A DNA stretch of 34,867 nucleotides, taken from NCBI GenBank assembly GCA_964621965.1, contig CAZUOZ010000004.1:1-34867 (forward strand), given 5' to 3'. This document shows, one piece after another, positions 17,719-25,871 of the stretch (position 1 is the stretch's first letter; every line of letters begins with the position of its first letter). The position numbers and the translations under genes were made by a program. This DNA comes from Candidatus Woesearchaeota archaeon (lineage in GTDB: Archaea > Nanobdellota > Nanobdellia > Pacearchaeales > GW2011-AR1). The notes below the pieces were generated by a model, which worked only from the letters and a program-made list of their open reading frames with translations, did no database searches and was not told where the DNA came from.

Positions 17719-18417
17719 TTACTTGCTTTTTCCCGTCCTCCTCGGTCTTAAATGTCCAACTCTTCTTCCAGGAGGAGCATTTCTTTTTGCAATTTTGCTC
17801 TTAGGATTCTTTCCTCTTCCTGAACCAAATGGATGATCTATTGCATTCATTTTTACAGCAGAAGTTCTTGGCCATAATTTATTTCTTGCTTTAGTCATAT
17901 GGTGTTTTTTCCCAGCTTTGACTATTGGTTTGTCTAATCTTCCTGAACCAGCAACAACACCTATAATTACTCTGCATTCCTGATTAAACTTCCTTTCCTT
18001 TTTAGAAGGCAAGATTATGAAAACGTCTTTTCCAATAATTTTATTTATTTCAGAATATGTTCCAGAAGTTTTTATGAATTTACCTCCGTCTCTTGGTTTC
18101 GCTTCCAAATTATAAATTTTTGTTTTCATAGGCACATCTTTTAATTTTACAATATTTCCTTCTTTTATTTCATTAGAGTCTAATTTTATTTTTTGTCCTT
18201 CAACCATTCCATTAAATGCGGGAATATAAAAGAAGCCTTTATCATATTTTATTTTAGCCAAAGGGGCAGTATGTCCTCTTGAATTTATAAGTTTTAAGAC
18301 AATTCCTTCCCCGCTGATATCTTTTGGATAAGCAAGTTTAAATCGATATGCAATTCTTCTTACTCTGTATGTTTTGCTTCCTTTTCCTCTTGCCTGTGAA
18401 ATTATTCTTTTACCCAT
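17719..18417 (-). CDS. rpl2: Ribosomal protein uL2
   Basis: MGKRIISQARGKGS and NAIDHPFGSGRGKN, with a basic C terminus. Confidence 0.94.
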   Translation of the reverse strand: MGKRIISQARGKGSKTYRVRRIAYRFKLAYPKDISGEGIVLKLINSRGHTAPLAKIKYDKGFFYIPAFNGMVEGQKIKLDSNEIKEGNIVKLKDVPMKTKIYNLEAKPRDGGKFIKTSGTYSEINKIIGKDVFIILPSKKERKFNQECRVIIGVVAGSGRLDKPIVKAGKKHHMTKARNKLWPRTSAVKMNAIDHPFGSGRGKNPKSKIAKRNAPPGRRVGHLRPRRTGKSK

Positions 18418-18418
18418 A

Positions 18419-18655
18419 TTACATTAATCCTAGTTTCATAGCCAAATCTATTGCTGGAAACTCTTTTTTTAATTTAACATAAATATATTTTTTATTTAGT
18501 CTAGTAGTCGTTCTTATTTTTTCAATTTTTACTCCAAATAATTCTTCAAGTTCTTTTTTTATTTCAGATTTATTGTCTTTCTTACTCGTCTCAAAAGTTA
18601 AAGTATTCTGAGATTCAATTTTCATAACTGCTTTTTCTGTAACTATTGGTTTCAT
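18419..18655 (-). CDS. rpl23: Ribosomal protein uL23
   Basis: PIVTEKAVMKIESQNTLTFETSKKDNKSEIKKELEELFGVKIEKIRT. Confidence 0.9.
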   Translation of the reverse strand: MKPIVTEKAVMKIESQNTLTFETSKKDNKSEIKKELEELFGVKIEKIRTTTRLNKKYIYVKLKKEFPAIDLAMKLGLM

Positions 18656-19449
18656 TTTAATTTTTTTTCTAATTCCTCAATTGCTTTTTCAGTATAAAGG
18701 GTTATTCTTCCAGGACCACCTTTCGCAATGTCCACTATACTAAGATTTTTTGCTTTCTTTATTTCAAATGCACTTAGTTTAGGGTTTTCTTCTTCTCCAA
18801 CGACTATAAGTAATCCAGCATTTGTTTTATATTTTCTTCCTCTCATTTTTCCTTTACCGCTTCTTACAGTTTTTTTTCTAAGAGATAATTCGAAAATTTT
18901 TTCTCCAAGTATTTTTTTAAGAGCCAAAAGAAGATCTTTTGTTTTAATTTTAGAAATTTTAGATTCTATAACTATTGGAAAATTTTCAAATTTTTCTCCA
19001 ATTAATCTTTCATACCTTTTAGAAATAAATTTTTCATTTGCAGTTGCACTTAAAGCAGAAATTAAAGCCATTTTCATCTCTTTTTTATTTATTTTTTTAG
19101 TATTTATCATTGAAACCGCTTTTGGAGGATGTGCTCTTCTTCCTCCACGAGTGCTTGGGACTTCTGCTCCTATTTGTTGGAATTGAGTACCTCTTCTTAG
19201 AATAGTTTTTCTAGGTATTCTTGAGATACCTCTTCCGTATTGGCTTTTCCAAACGTGTCTCCTATGAATTAGTATTCCGCTTGCAGAGTGTTGTTTTCCT
19301 GCAACAGGAGAAGGACTATAAGGTTGTTTTGTTTTTTTAGTTTCTAATATTTTCATAATTAAATCTTCTCTGACTTTTTGTAAAAAGAAATTTGGCATTT
19401 CAATCTGCTTCAATTTTTTTCCATCTAAACTTAAAACATTCATTTTCAT
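18652..19449 (-). CDS. rpl4: Ribosomal protein uL4
   Basis: GRGISRIPRK...GAEVPSTRGGRRAHPPK. 4-nt overlaps on both sides. Confidence 0.93.
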   Translation of the reverse strand: MKMNVLSLDGKKLKQIEMPNFFLQKVREDLIMKILETKKTKQPYSPSPVAGKQHSASGILIHRRHVWKSQYGRGISRIPRKTILRRGTQFQQIGAEVPSTRGGRRAHPPKAVSMINTKKINKKEMKMALISALSATANEKFISKRYERLIGEKFENFPIVIESKISKIKTKDLLLALKKILGEKIFELSLRKKTVRSGKGKMRGRKYKTNAGLLIVVGEEENPKLSAFEIKKAKNLSIVDIAKGGPGRITLYTEKAIEELEKKLK

Positions 19450-20390
19450 TTTAATTCAACCAATTCTAAATCTTTTTTTAATTGTTTTCTTGTTTGTCTT
19501 AAAGGAGAAGTGATAATCAACTGTCTTTTTGAAGCTCCTTGAATAGAACCTCTTATCAAAATATAATCTGTTTTAATATTTCCAAAATTCTTTATATTGT
19601 TTATTTTTCTTTGTTCGGGTTTAGAAACTTCTACAATCTTATTATTATAGATTACTCTTGTGAACATTCCCATCTGTCCTGCTTGTGGAGCTCTAAAGGT
19701 TACTCTTGCAGGGTGCCAAGGTCCAAGACTTCCTGGACGTCTTACTCCTTTTTCAGATTTATGACTTTTAAGAGTTAATCCAAATCTTTTAACAGGTCCA
19801 ACGAGTCCTTTTCCTTTTGTAAGCCCCCTAATATCTGCTAATTCTCCTTTTTCAAATACTTGTGAAATAGAAATCTCCTTTCCAATATTTTCTTTAATAA
19901 AATTTAATTTTTCTTCAATACTTCCATTTAAACCTATTTCAGATATATCTGGAGTTTTCTTTATACCCGTTTTCTTAGCTTGAGAATAGCAAATTATTCT
20001 TATGTCATCATATTTCTCTGTTGGAATATTTTCGGCTTTTTCTGATATTTTTTTTGGGAATTTTATCTTTTTCTTCATCTCTTTTTCTATTTTTTCCACC
20101 AAGACTTCTTTTGAGACTATTCCATTTTTATAGAATCTCACTGAAAGAATTTTCATAGGAGGACATTCGATTATTGTAACAGGAATTGCAATTTTTTTCC
20201 CTTTTGTCATAGAATGGGGAGTGTTATCTTTTACTATTGCAGAAGCCATTCCCGCTTTATATCCGATAAATCCTTTAATTATTTTTTTAGAATTAATTGC
20301 TCTCCAGTTAACACTAGGTAAAAACTTAGCGGCCCTTTTTCTTGGCCAAAATTGTAAACTTCCTTTTCTTGGTGATTTTTTTGTAGGCAT
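19446..20390 (-). CDS. rpl3: Ribosomal protein uL3
   Basis: N terminus PRKGSLQFWPRKRA and FRAPQAGQMGMFTR. First gene of the ribosomal-protein block. Confidence 0.94.
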   Translation of the reverse strand: MPTKKSPRKGSLQFWPRKRAAKFLPSVNWRAINSKKIIKGFIGYKAGMASAIVKDNTPHSMTKGKKIAIPVTIIECPPMKILSVRFYKNGIVSKEVLVEKIEKEMKKKIKFPKKISEKAENIPTEKYDDIRIICYSQAKKTGIKKTPDISEIGLNGSIEEKLNFIKENIGKEISISQVFEKGELADIRGLTKGKGLVGPVKRFGLTLKSHKSEKGVRRPGSLGPWHPARVTFRAPQAGQMGMFTRVIYNNKIVEVSKPEQRKINNIKNFGNIKTDYILIRGSIQGASKRQLIITSPLRQTRKQLKKDLELVELK

Positions 20391-20475
20391 TTATTAATAA
20401 AGCGGATAATTTCATTTTACTTTCCCTGGAATATTTTATTGAGAAATAGTGGGTATTTAAAGCTTGTTATAATTT

Positions 20476-21186
20476 TTATGCTTCAACTTCTAATTTTGTT
20501 TCAATCTCTTTTCCATCTATTTTTGCTTTTCTTATTATTGTTCCTTTTCTTAAAGCTTTTTCTCTTACTTTTGCGAAATCTTTTTCATTCTTTAACTCAG
20601 AAGGAATTATTATTTCTTTAATTATAAAATTATGAACAATTTCCGCTTGTTTAAAATCTGTCTTTTCAAATACAAAACTTTTAGCAAGAGAGGAGTCATT
20701 TGTAATTAACTTACAAAAATCAGGTTTTGGAGCTTCCTCTCCTTTTGTGCCAGGTTTTCCAGATTTTGGGGCTTTTGGTTTTATCTTCAAAATTTCTCCT
20801 GTAGGAGTACTAAATGTTAATGCAAAAAAGTTCTTAGGAAATTTTTTTATTAATTCTAGAATTTCTTTTCCAGACATTTCTTTTTCAAGCATATATTTTT
20901 TAACTCCTTGAAATTGTTTGATTTCTTTAAATTCCAAATCTTTTTTCAAATCTTGAGTAGAAACTACCGCTCCTGTAACTTTTGTTTTTGCAGAACCTAG
21001 TTTTTCCGCAACATCTTTAACTAATTCGTTAGCAAATTCAGAAGAAGCATTTATAGTATATTTTCCTCCAGAAAATTTAGCGTGAATTATTGCTTTGTCT
21101 CTAAACTCTCCTTTAGAGAATTTTTGGAATTGAAGATGAACACTTTCATCAAAGTTTTTTTCAGACACCTTTTTTATAAAATTCAT
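20476..21186 (-). CDS. Hypothetical two-domain protein upstream of rpl3
   Basis: 236-aa ORF with non-repetitive composition. Two globular halves are joined by a Pro/Lys/Gly linker, KPKAPKSGKPGTKGEEAPKP. No motif I can name. Confidence 0.55.
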   Translation of the reverse strand: MNFIKKVSEKNFDESVHLQFQKFSKGEFRDKAIIHAKFSGGKYTINASSEFANELVKDVAEKLGSAKTKVTGAVVSTQDLKKDLEFKEIKQFQGVKKYMLEKEMSGKEILELIKKFPKNFFALTFSTPTGEILKIKPKAPKSGKPGTKGEEAPKPDFCKLITNDSSLAKSFVFEKTDFKQAEIVHNFIIKEIIIPSELKNEKDFAKVREKALRKGTIIRKAKIDGKEIETKLEVEA

Positions 21187-21262
21187 TCATTTAAAAGAAA
21201 AAATTTACTTTTAAATCTTTTCTCATCTCAAAACCTTTATAAATTTAAGAGTTTATTTATAA

Positions 21263-22288
21263 ATGAGAGGAATATATAAAAAAATGGAGGAATATTTTAG
21301 AAAAACAGGGATAATTGTTTTGCTTTGCCTTCTATTGGTGGTGTGTTTTTTGCTTTTAAAACCAATACTTATTTCAATAATTGTTGGAATGTTGTTGGCA
21401 TTTGTTTTTTCTCCTGTTTATAATTTCCTTTATAAAAAAACCCATTCCAAAAATTTTTCAGCATTTTTCATTTGTATTCTTTTTGCAATATTTCTTGTAG
21501 CGTGTATGTGGTTTTTTCTTCCAATTGCAATAGAACAGTCTCTTAAGATCTATGCAAATTCTCAGCAAATGGATTTTGTAGGCATCTTAAAAAAAGTTTC
21601 CCCTTCTTTTTTTGCATCTGAACAATTTTCTCATGAGGTTGGTTCTATAATACAATCTTTTATTACTCGTTCAGCAAATTCTCTTTCAAATTCTTTTTCA
21701 AATATTTTATTAAATTTTCCTTCGCTGGCTTTGCAATTTTTTGTAGTCTTTTTGACTTTTTTTTACCTTTTAAGAGATACTGATGAACTAGGTAAATATA
21801 TTAAAAGTTTATCTCCTTTTTCAAAGGAAGTTGATGAACGTTTTTTTAATTATTCCAAGGGGATCACTTATTCAGTTCTTTATGGGATTATTATAGTAGG
21901 ACTTATTCAGGGAGCAATTGTAGGAATTAGTTTATTTTTATTTGGAGTTCCCAACGCGCTTATTTTAACAATTCTCGCTATTGTAGCTTCTATACTTCCT
22001 ATTTTTGGGCCTTTCTTAATTTGGTTACCAGTTACAATCTACCTTCTTATAGCACAAAATACTTTCCAAGCCTTTGGAGTTTTAATATTCGGGGTTATAG
22101 CATCCACTGTTGATAATATTTTAAGACCTATGATTGTTTCAAGAAGGACAAGTATGCCTACATCTTTAGTTTTCCTTGGAATGATTGGAGGATTTTTCCT
22201 TTTTGGAATACTTGGATTTCTTATAGGTCCTTTAGCAATAGCTTATCTTTTGATTTTTTTAGAAATGTATAGGCAGAAAAAAGCCTAA
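21263..22288 (+). CDS. AI-2E family transporter (PerM/UPF0118)
   Basis: 341 aa, about 8 TM. Family motif STVDNILRPMIVSRR near the C-terminal third. The true start may be the second ATG at 21284 (MEEYF). Confidence 0.75.
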   Translation: MRGIYKKMEEYFRKTGIIVLLCLLLVVCFLLLKPILISIIVGMLLAFVFSPVYNFLYKKTHSKNFSAFFICILFAIFLVACMWFFLPIAIEQSLKIYANSQQMDFVGILKKVSPSFFASEQFSHEVGSIIQSFITRSANSLSNSFSNILLNFPSLALQFFVVFLTFFYLLRDTDELGKYIKSLSPFSKEVDERFFNYSKGITYSVLYGIIIVGLIQGAIVGISLFLFGVPNALILTILAIVASILPIFGPFLIWLPVTIYLLIAQNTFQAFGVLIFGVIASTVDNILRPMIVSRRTSMPTSLVFLGMIGGFFLFGILGFLIGPLAIAYLLIFLEMYRQKKA

Positions 22289-22343
22289 TTAAACAAAAAA
22301 TATAAAAATCATTCTTGTTTAATTACTAAAAATAGAGGTGAAA

Positions 22344-23825
22344 ATGGAACTTAAATTAAAAATTTTAAAATGGTCTACTGGAATTCCTGTTGCAATGCTT
22401 CATGAGAAGGCTGCTGAAAAAATAGGGGTAGGTACAAAAGAAAGAGTTCTTATTAAAACTCTTTCAAGTAATCCCGTAAAAATATCGGTTATACTAGATA
22501 CAGTGAGGGGTATGATAAAAGAGGATGAAATAGCCGTATCATTAGAATTGGGTGCGAAACTTGGATTAGAAAATGGAAAAAAAGTTTCGGTTTCAATTTC
22601 TTCTCCACCAAAGAGTCTTGATTTTATAAAAAAGAAACTTAACAAAAAAAGACTAACTCAAAAAGAGATTGAAGAAATAATTGAAGATATTGTCGATAAT
22701 TCTTTATCTGAAGTAGAAGTTGCTCTTTTCATATCGGCAATGTATCAAAAAGGAATGACGGAAAAAGAAACTATTTTTTTAATTAATTCTATATTGAAGA
22801 CAGGAAATATTTTGTTTCTCAAAAAAAAGTGTATTGTCGATAAACATTGTATAGGAGGAATTCCTGGAAATAGAACAACTCCGATAGTCGTATCTATTTG
22901 TGCAGCGGAAGGATTGATTTTTCCAAAAACATCTTCTAGAGCAATAACTAGTGCAGCCGGAACAGCAGATACTATTGAAACAATAGCAAATGTTGATTTT
23001 TCTTTAAAAGAAATTCAAGAGATTATAGAAAAAACAAATGCATGCATGGTCTGGGGGGGTTCTCTCGGACTCGTTCCTGCCGACGATAAAATTATTACTA
23101 TAGAAAGAATAGTAAAAGTTGACCCCGAAGCACAACTTTTAGCATCTATAATGGCAAAAAAACTTTCTGTGGGGAGTAGGTATATTCTTATAGATATTCC
23201 ATACGGTAAAAATGCCAAGGTGAATAAAAGAAAAGCTTTGAGAATAAAAGAAAAATTTGAAAGTCTTGGAGATTATTTCAAGAAAGATGTAAAAGTTGTT
23301 TTAACTAAAGGGAATCAGCCAATAGGGAATGGTATCGGGCCTGCTTTGGAAATGAGAGATGTGATAGATATATTAGATCCTGCAAAAAAAGGACCAAAAG
23401 ATTTAGAAGAGAAATCTCTTTTTTTAGCGGGAGAAATTTTTGAGCTCTCTAAAAAAGCAAAAAGAGGAGCAGGTTATAATTTAGCAAAACAAGTACTTAA
23501 ATCTGGAATGGCCTTTAAAAAATTTAAAGAGATTATTTCTGCACAGCAAGGAAATATCAACAAAATTAGACTTGCCAAATTTAAAAGAGATATTTTTGTA
23601 AGAAGGAAAGCTAGAATTTGTGAAATAAATAATAAGCTTATAAATGAACTCGCAATAATCGCGGGATGTCCAAATGATAAATTTTCAGGGGTATATTTAT
23701 ACTCTCATATAGGAGAAACAGTTCAAAAAGGGGATAAGTTAATAACTATTTATTCCGATTCTCAAGCAAGACTCAAAGAAGCAATTAAGTTTTACAAAAC
23801 TAATTCTCTAATAAAAATGAGATAA
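22344..23825 (+). CDS. deoA: AMP phosphorylase (archaeal thymidine-phosphorylase family, DeoA-like)
   Basis: Archaea-specific N-terminal domain MELKLKILKWSTGIPVAMLHEKAAEKIGV precedes a pyrimidine-nucleoside-phosphorylase core (DKHCIGGIPGNRTTP, SSRAITSAAGTADT). ATG 22344 follows GAGGTGA; the ORF-track start at 22338 is that GTG. Confidence 0.85.
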   Translation: MELKLKILKWSTGIPVAMLHEKAAEKIGVGTKERVLIKTLSSNPVKISVILDTVRGMIKEDEIAVSLELGAKLGLENGKKVSVSISSPPKSLDFIKKKLNKKRLTQKEIEEIIEDIVDNSLSEVEVALFISAMYQKGMTEKETIFLINSILKTGNILFLKKKCIVDKHCIGGIPGNRTTPIVVSICAAEGLIFPKTSSRAITSAAGTADTIETIANVDFSLKEIQEIIEKTNACMVWGGSLGLVPADDKIITIERIVKVDPEAQLLASIMAKKLSVGSRYILIDIPYGKNAKVNKRKALRIKEKFESLGDYFKKDVKVVLTKGNQPIGNGIGPALEMRDVIDILDPAKKGPKDLEEKSLFLAGEIFELSKKAKRGAGYNLAKQVLKSGMAFKKFKEIISAQQGNINKIRLAKFKRDIFVRRKARICEINNKLINELAIIAGCPNDKFSGVYLYSHIGETVQKGDKLITIYSDSQARLKEAIKFYKTNSLIKMR

Positions 23826-23860
23826 GGTATATTTTTAAACTTCAAATACATACATTTTTT

Positions 23861-24121
23861 ATGGCCAGAGATACATATAAAGAGAAACTTAAAGAGCACA
23901 TAAAGAAGAATTTGAAAAAAGGATATACTCCAGATACTTTAAAGTATGCGCTGATTAAGCAAGGATATTCTAGAGTTTTAATAGAAAAATCTATGGAAGA
24001 GGCTCAAAAGGAAATTGCCAAAGAAGTTCCAATTTTTAGTGAGAAGCCAAAAATAAAATATGAGGCTTTTGATGAAAAAAATATTTCTATTGAAAAGAAA
24101 CCTTGGTGGAAATTCTGGTAG
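23861..24121 (+). CDS. Hypothetical small protein
   Basis: 86-aa ORF. Helical N-terminal module KKGYTPDTLKYALIKQGYSRVLIEKSMEEA and a Trp-rich C terminus KKPWWKFW. Confidence 0.45.
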   Translation: MARDTYKEKLKEHIKKNLKKGYTPDTLKYALIKQGYSRVLIEKSMEEAQKEIAKEVPIFSEKPKIKYEAFDEKNISIEKKPWWKFW

Positions 24122-24183
24122 AAATCTTTAAAACCTGATTAATTCTTTTGAAAGTGATTAGTGCTGTTTGTAACAATAAATAA

Positions 24184-24310
24184 GCCGCCATGGCACAATG
24201 GTACTGCACCTGCCTTGAGACAGTAAAGCATACTCTACTTTCTCCTTCCGAGGAAGTAGCAAGAGAGCAGGGCCCTTTCGGGCATCCCGGTTCGATTCCG
24301 GGTGGCGGCG
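24184..24310 (+). tRNA. tRNA-Ser (anticodon UGA) with a 46-nt intron, no encoded CCA
   Basis: Hand-folded. Acceptor GCCGCCA/TGGCGGC. D arm GCAC-AATGGTA-CTGC. Anticodon stem CCTGC/GCAGG with loop CT-TGA-GA. Long variable arm GCCC-TTTC-GGGC (class II). T arm CCCGG-TTCGATT-CCGGG. Discriminator G. The region is a GC-rich island in an AT-rich background. Confidence 0.88.
24220..24265 (+). other. tRNA intron at canonical position 37/38 with bulge-helix-bulge-like geometry
   Basis: CTTG (24214-24217) pairs with intronic CAAG (24260-24263). This helix is flanked by two AGA bulges (24218-24220 and 24264-24266). Internal intron hairpin CTACTT..TCCT-TCCG-AGGA-AGTAG. Confidence 0.7.
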
Positions 24311-24316
24311 TTGAAA
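24293..24316 (+). repeat. Direct repeat copy A (tRNA-Ser 3' end plus 6 nt of flank)
   Basis: CGATTCCGGGTGGCGGCGTTGAAA matches 24467-24490 at 22 of 24 positions. Confidence 0.85.
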
Positions 24317-24318
24317 AC

Positions 24319-24335
24319 AACCTCCAGGTTTTTTT
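24319..24335 (+). terminator. Small hairpin plus T7 run after the tRNA
   Basis: AACC-TCCA-GGTT followed by seven consecutive T (24329-24335). Oligo-T is the usual archaeal termination signal. Confidence 0.45.
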
Positions 24336-24466
24336 CTATTTTCCAATTATCCTTGAAGGGCAACTTTTTCAATTGCCTCCTAAGAAAGTTGCGAGAATTG
24401 AACTTGTTTGTGTTTTGAAAATTTCAGTGTTGTTCAAAACGCAGCTAAATTTAGAATAACTTTTAC

Positions 24467-24490
24467 CGATTCCTGGCGGCGGCGTTGAAA
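24467..24490 (+). repeat. Direct repeat copy B (orphan copy of the tRNA-Ser 3' end)
   Basis: CGATTCCTGGCGGCGGCGTTGAAA. No T-stem 5' strand or other tRNA parts lie upstream, so it is a fragment and not a gene. Confidence 0.85.
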
Positions 24491-24508
24491 TTGTACAATT
24501 TCTTTTTT
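24487..24508 (+). other. Perfect 16-nt palindrome followed by T6 (terminator-like or operator)
   Basis: GAAATTGTACAATTTC (24487-24502) is its own reverse complement and is followed by TTTTTT. It lies 36 nt upstream of the DedA ATG. Confidence 0.5.
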
Positions 24509-24543
24509 AAAACCTTTTTAAACTAAAAAAATTTAATTATTCT

Positions 24544-25140
24544 ATGGGAATTGTAGAATATATTTTATCTTTAATTTCTTCTTATGGAGAATTAGCTTCT
24601 TTTTTAGGAGGATTTTTTGCTGGAGAAGAAGTAATAATGACTCTTTCTTTTTTATCCGCAAACGGAATTATTCCCATATGGAAAGTTTTTCTTTTTTCTT
24701 TTTTAGGGATTGTTCTTTGTGATACTTTTTTTTACGCATTAGGAAGAATGAAAGTCATACAAAATCTTTCTAATTCTAAAAGATTCACTAGTTTATCTAA
24801 AAAATATGAACCCCTTATTTTAAAGCTTAATAAAAAAGGAACGCTGAATCTTCTTTTTACTACAAAATTTATATTCGGTACAAGAATACTTACTCTTTTA
24901 TATTTAGGTTTTAGAAAAACAAAAGTATTAGAATTTTTGATAAGTGATCTCATTGTAGGCGTATTTTGGATGGTGATTGTTGTTTCTCTTGGATGGTTTT
25001 CCGGAAGCAGCTTCTATCTTATTTTGAATATTTTTAAAAATGTTCAAATAGCTCTTTTAGTAATTGTTATATTGGTTTTGATACTAGTAGGAATAAAAAA
25101 ATGGATAAGTGGCAGGATATTAAAAAAACAGGGAATATAA
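24544..25140 (+). CDS. DedA / VTT-domain membrane protein
   Basis: 198 aa, multi-TM. FFAGEEVIMTLSFLSANG...LGIVLCDTFFYALGR and TKFIFGTRILTLLYLGF resemble the two DedA re-entrant motifs. Confidence 0.65.
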   Translation: MGIVEYILSLISSYGELASFLGGFFAGEEVIMTLSFLSANGIIPIWKVFLFSFLGIVLCDTFFYALGRMKVIQNLSNSKRFTSLSKKYEPLILKLNKKGTLNLLFTTKFIFGTRILTLLYLGFRKTKVLEFLISDLIVGVFWMVIVVSLGWFSGSSFYLILNIFKNVQIALLVIVILVLILVGIKKWISGRILKKQGI

Positions 25141-25871
25141 AATTAAATTCTAAGTCCAATAATGAATTTATTTTAATTCACGGGTATACTGGGAGCCCGG
25201 GGGATTTTGGGAAATTTCCAATTTTTTTAAATAAGGATTTAAATCTCGGAGTCAAAGTGATTAAACTTATTGGGCATGAATCTGTAATTGAAGATTTATT
25301 TTCTCTAGAGTATAAAGATTTTTTAAATCAGTTAGAAAAAGAATTAAAAAAAGAATTAAAAAAAGGAAAAAATATTTTTTTAGGAGGGTATAGTTTTGGG
25401 GCACAATTAGCCCTAGATTTGGCTTCCAAATATCCTATAAAGGGAGTTTTTTTATTTTCTATTCCATATAGTTTGAGATTTCCTTGGAGTATTCCTTTTT
25501 TAGAAAAATTAGCTTACTTTAAAAAAAAGGTTAAAAAAACTAAGAGTGTTTTAAGGAAGCATTATCTTGAACAAACTTTTCATTATATTTATATGCCCTC
25601 AAAAGGCCTTTCAATAATAAAGCTAGGCAATAAAAGGATTAGTTCAATTCTTCATAAGATTAAATGCCCAATAATTATTTTTCATTTTTCAAGTGATCTT
25701 TTTGCTAAAAAATCTTCTATTAAAGAAATTTTATCTGGTGTTTCTTCTAAATTGAAAAAAGGGATTTACCTTAAAGATAGAGGTCATAATCCTTTTTTTT
25801 CAAGTTCTAAACTTTTAGTTTTTGATGAAGTAAGCAAGTTTTTTAAACGGACTCAACTTAAAATAAAATGA
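25101..25871 (+). CDS. Alpha/beta-fold serine hydrolase (esterase/lipase-like)
   Basis: Oxyanion-type ILIHGYTGSPGDF. Nucleophile elbow GYSFGA (GxSxG). Candidate Asp (SSDLF) and His (RGHNPF). 40-nt overlap with the DedA gene. Confidence 0.75.
   Translation: MDKWQDIKKTGNIKLNSKSNNEFILIHGYTGSPGDFGKFPIFLNKDLNLGVKVIKLIGHESVIEDLFSLEYKDFLNQLEKELKKELKKGKNIFLGGYSFGAQLALDLASKYPIKGVFLFSIPYSLRFPWSIPFLEKLAYFKKKVKKTKSVLRKHYLEQTFHYIYMPSKGLSIIKLGNKRISSILHKIKCPIIIFHFSSDLFAKKSSIKEILSGVSSKLKKGIYLKDRGHNPFFSSSKLLVFDEVSKFFKRTQLKIK

Noticed and set aside
20454-20461. TTTAAATA (minus sense) as the promoter of the ribosomal-protein superoperon.
   Set aside because: It is plausible, but TATA-like strings are frequent in this AT-rich DNA. 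The upstream 236-aa gene may instead be co-transcribed. It is not listed as a feature.
24087-24459. Three ORF-track entries (24087-24320 minus, 24158-24346 minus, 24190-24459 plus) overlapping the GC-rich island.
   Set aside because: They lie over the tRNA-Ser gene and its flank. The open frames are a by-product of GC-rich, stop-poor tRNA sequence. Their peptides are low-complexity and lack start context.
24467-24490. Second copy of the tRNA 3' end as an independent tRNA gene or split-tRNA 3' half.
   Set aside because: No T-stem 5' strand, anticodon arm or complementary leader is visible upstream. It is treated as a repeat or scar, although a trans-spliced half cannot be formally excluded without the full genome.
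25330-25370. Short tandem repeat gaattaaaaaaa x2, considered as a possible CRISPR or satellite seed.
   Set aside because: It is only two units, lies in frame inside the hydrolase gene (EKELKKELKKGK), and has no spacer-repeat periodicity. No CRISPR-like array exists anywhere in the window.
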